Notes under the pieces: model-generated
The model's database searches: none
Told to the model about the DNA's origin: nothing
Seen by the model: the letters and a program-made list of their open reading frames with translations, nothing else
Part shown: one piece after another, positions 61,357 to 64,000 of the stretch
Position numbering within the stretch: position 1 is the stretch's first letter
Layout of the letters: each line of letters begins with the position of its first letter
Position numbers and translations under genes: made by a program
Source: Octopus bimaculoides
Lineage: Eukaryota
Length of the DNA stretch: 64,000 nucleotides
NCBI RefSeq assembly: GCF_001194135.2
Contig: NC_068981.1
Coordinates: forward strand, 135,774,830-135,838,829
Reading direction: 5' to 3'

Positions 61357-61743
61357 TGTGGAGGCGCAATGGCCCAGTGGTTAGGGCAGCAGACTCGCGG
61401 TCATAGGATCGCGGTTTCGATTCCCAGACCGGGCGTTGTGAGTGTTTATTGAGCGAAAACACCTAAAGCTCCACGAGGCTCCAGCAGGGCATGGTGGCGA
61501 ACCCTGCTGTACTCTTCCACCACAACTTTCTCTCACTCTTCCTGTTTCTGTTGTGCCTGTAATTCAAAGGGTCAGCCTTGTCACACTGTGTCACGCTGAA
61601 TATCCCCAAAGAACTACGTTAAGGGTATACGTGTCTGTGGAGTGCTCAGCCACTTGCACGTTAATTTCACGAGCAGGCTGTTCCGTTGATCGGATCAACT
61701 GGAACCCTCGACGTCGTAAGCGACGGAGTGCCAACAACAACAA
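61357..61743 (+). mobile_element. young SINE family B, full length
   Basis: TSD CAGTCTGGTACT at 61346-61357 and 61744-61755. Confidence 0.9.
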
Positions 61744-61959
61744 CAGTCTGGTACTACACATCATATCCACAAGATATCACACATCACGTGGGAAGTGCAC
61801 GATCGAATAGGCTGGCGCGTGATTACTTGGGTTTTAGATTACTTGATAATTTGAGGATTGTTTCGGATATGTTGCCTATTGTTCGAGATAATGGACATTT
61901 CATTTTTCTTTTTTTTTTAGGAAGTTAAAGATAGAAAAATAAAGTGAAACAGGTCTGGT

Positions 61960-62803
61960 TGTGTGGTAAGTTGAGGCAGTCGAGGAGGTAGAGACCTCGA
62001 AAAAAGGGGAAAAAAGGAAGAAGGTGGGTAACAATGGTTGCCCACCGAAGGACCCCACAAGGCTGCGGAAAGGAGGGAAGATCCTCCGGATAAAGCGGAA
62101 GGACTACACCCTCCCGTAGCACAAGGGGAAAAAAGAAGAAGAATGGGACATTGCCGGCGGTTAGTAGTACACTGCCCGCATGTCCTAAAACCTCGTCGGT
62201 GGGAATTGTGCCACTGATGGAGGAAACTGTGGCCCCTCCCATTAGGATGAAGGATGATTTTGTGATCTTCTTTCATAAGGGAGAGGCTGTACAGAGCTTT
62301 GTGAAGAAGCCAGAGGGCCGGCGGGAGGGGGTCCTGTCCTGGATTGAAGACCCGGATTGGCCTCCGCAGTTGCTGCGGAGGTCATAATGGAGAATGATAT
62401 GTGCAGGGTGATGGACTCTTTTCCCTAGGACCAATACAGTTTTGCTTTCTGGAGCTCCGACTTAGAACTACAGGATTGGCTGCGGGAGGCATATTGCCTG
62501 GTCGGGGAGGAAAGGTGAGAGGCCTTAGTACCTCGATTTGAAATTTGAATTTGTTAATTTTTGGTAAGAGGCTCAGCGCTTCATCTTGTAAGGACGGTTG
62601 CGTCCATTCTTTGAGCTTTGGTAAGAGGTTCAATACCTCATTTTGTGTTGTTGACAAAAAGAGAACAATGTTTTCGGGAAGTAGCAATCGGCGGGTGTTG
62701 TCTGCTTCCCCCACCAACTATATTTTCATTTTTTTCATTCCATTATCATTTATGTCTTTGTCCAGCCCGCAGCTACATCTTTGTAAGGCTGCATGGCCAA
62801 TTT
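61960..62803 (+). mobile_element. possible 3' part of a non-LTR element (ORF1-like tail and 3'UTR)
   Basis: GC-rich K/E-rich broken frames (KKEEEW motif); terminal hairpin GCAGC...GCTGC; ATAAAATAAA end. Confidence 0.35.
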
Positions 62804-62814
62804 ATAAAATAAAG

Positions 62815-63140
62815 TAGATTGCTTACCAACCACATGCTTCCGGGTTCAGTCCCACTGCGTAGCAATTTGGACAAGTGTCTTCTGTTATAGCTTCGAGCCG
62901 ACCAAAGCCTTGTGAGTGGATTTGGTATGTGTGTCTGTGTTTGTCCCTCACAACATCACTTGACAACGGATGCTGGTGTGTTTATGTTCCCGTAACCTAG
63001 CGGTTCAGCAAAACAGACCGATAGAATAAGTACTAGGCTTACAAAGAATAAGTCCTGGGGCCGATTTGCTCGACTAAAGGTGGTGCTCCAGCATGGCCGC
63101 AGTCAAAATGACTGAAACAAATAATAGAATAAAAGAATAA
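62815..63140 (+). mobile_element. SINE family D
   Basis: GCTTACCAACCACATG...GGGTTCAGTCCCACTGCG head; CAAAATGACTGAAAC tail. Confidence 0.8.
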
Positions 63141-63164
63141 AAGAATAATAACAATAAATAAAAC

Positions 63165-63308
63165 TGGCATTCATTTTTGCTAGCTGAGTGTACTGGAGCA
63201 ACGTGAAATAAAATATCTTGCTGAGAGACATAACACACCGCTGGGTATCGAATTCGTGACTTTACGACCGCGAGTCGAACACACCTAACCACGAAGCCAC
63301 ACGACTTC
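63165..63308 (-). mobile_element. SINE family C, 5' fragment
   Basis: Reverse complement of the family C head and core. Confidence 0.65.
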
Positions 63309-64000
63309 ATGATCACAATAAAGACACTTATAAATATGTATTCGGAGAGAGTATCCACAAGTAGCCATAAATATGTATAAAACTTTTAAATATTATGCAA
63401 CACTATCCTTCCCAACAGATAAGACCTTTTTATATCTTTTCCAGTAATTTTGCATTTTATTTTTATACTTGTTTTTTATTTTCTGTATGCTAAATCTACT
63501 TTCGCTCAACGTCGATGTTTTAAACAAATAAATGTATAAACTTGAACAATACACAACAGATATAACACAATCCACTGTTTCAAATCTTTAGATTCCCAAG
63601 TAATCCATAACAATTTCGCTAAATAATTACATTAAAATTTTTCCCGCTCATTAAACTTTTTCGATTTAACTTTTAACCCCTTAAATTTCGTATTTTAAAT
63701 TAGTTATATTTTGAATTTAAATTTTACGTTATCAATATTCTAATATTTTTATAGTTTAAAATTTCCTTTCGCTAAAAATTGAATGCTTAAATTCCCAACA
63801 GAGCGAAGAGAGACACGTTTTAATGAGATCCACGCACACAAGCGCTGAAAGATGGCAATGTGACTTCAACAGATCATAAACACTCCAATATAATTTACAT
63901 CAAAAATACATTTCAAAACAATGCCTCACACCTCCACGTACAACAGCCACTCCCGTCTTAATGGTTTCATGAATTTTTTTTGAACTTATTATATATATAT

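Overview
AT-rich animal genomic DNA with eight N-gaps and many microsatellites. The SINE families resemble those described from Octopus (OR1/OR2/OK types), so a coleoid cephalopod is inferred but not proven. No intact long protein-coding gene is present. The dominant structure is an old, decaying tandem array of about 30 tRNA-Thr(AGT) genes and pseudogenes with homologous spacers, running from 2.5 to 53.6 kb. About six copies look intact, and one is inverted. The 6-24 kb part contains a roughly 5.8-kb higher-order duplication. The array is invaded by at least four SINE families, two head-to-tail L1/Tx1-like elements (one apparently ORF1-only, i.e. HAL1-like, sharing its 3' tail with a SINE subfamily), R4/Dong-like LINE fragments in (TAA)n, Merlin-like MITEs, mariner, hAT-Buster, Chapaev3 and Helitron remnants. 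Other items are a promoter-like GC island with 60-bp E-box repeats and a decayed ORF between two divergent tRNA genes, a tRNA-iMet pseudogene, and candidate 3' exons of a minus-strand spliced gene at 55.9-56.7 kb. All family assignments come from manual motif reading; no database search was run.
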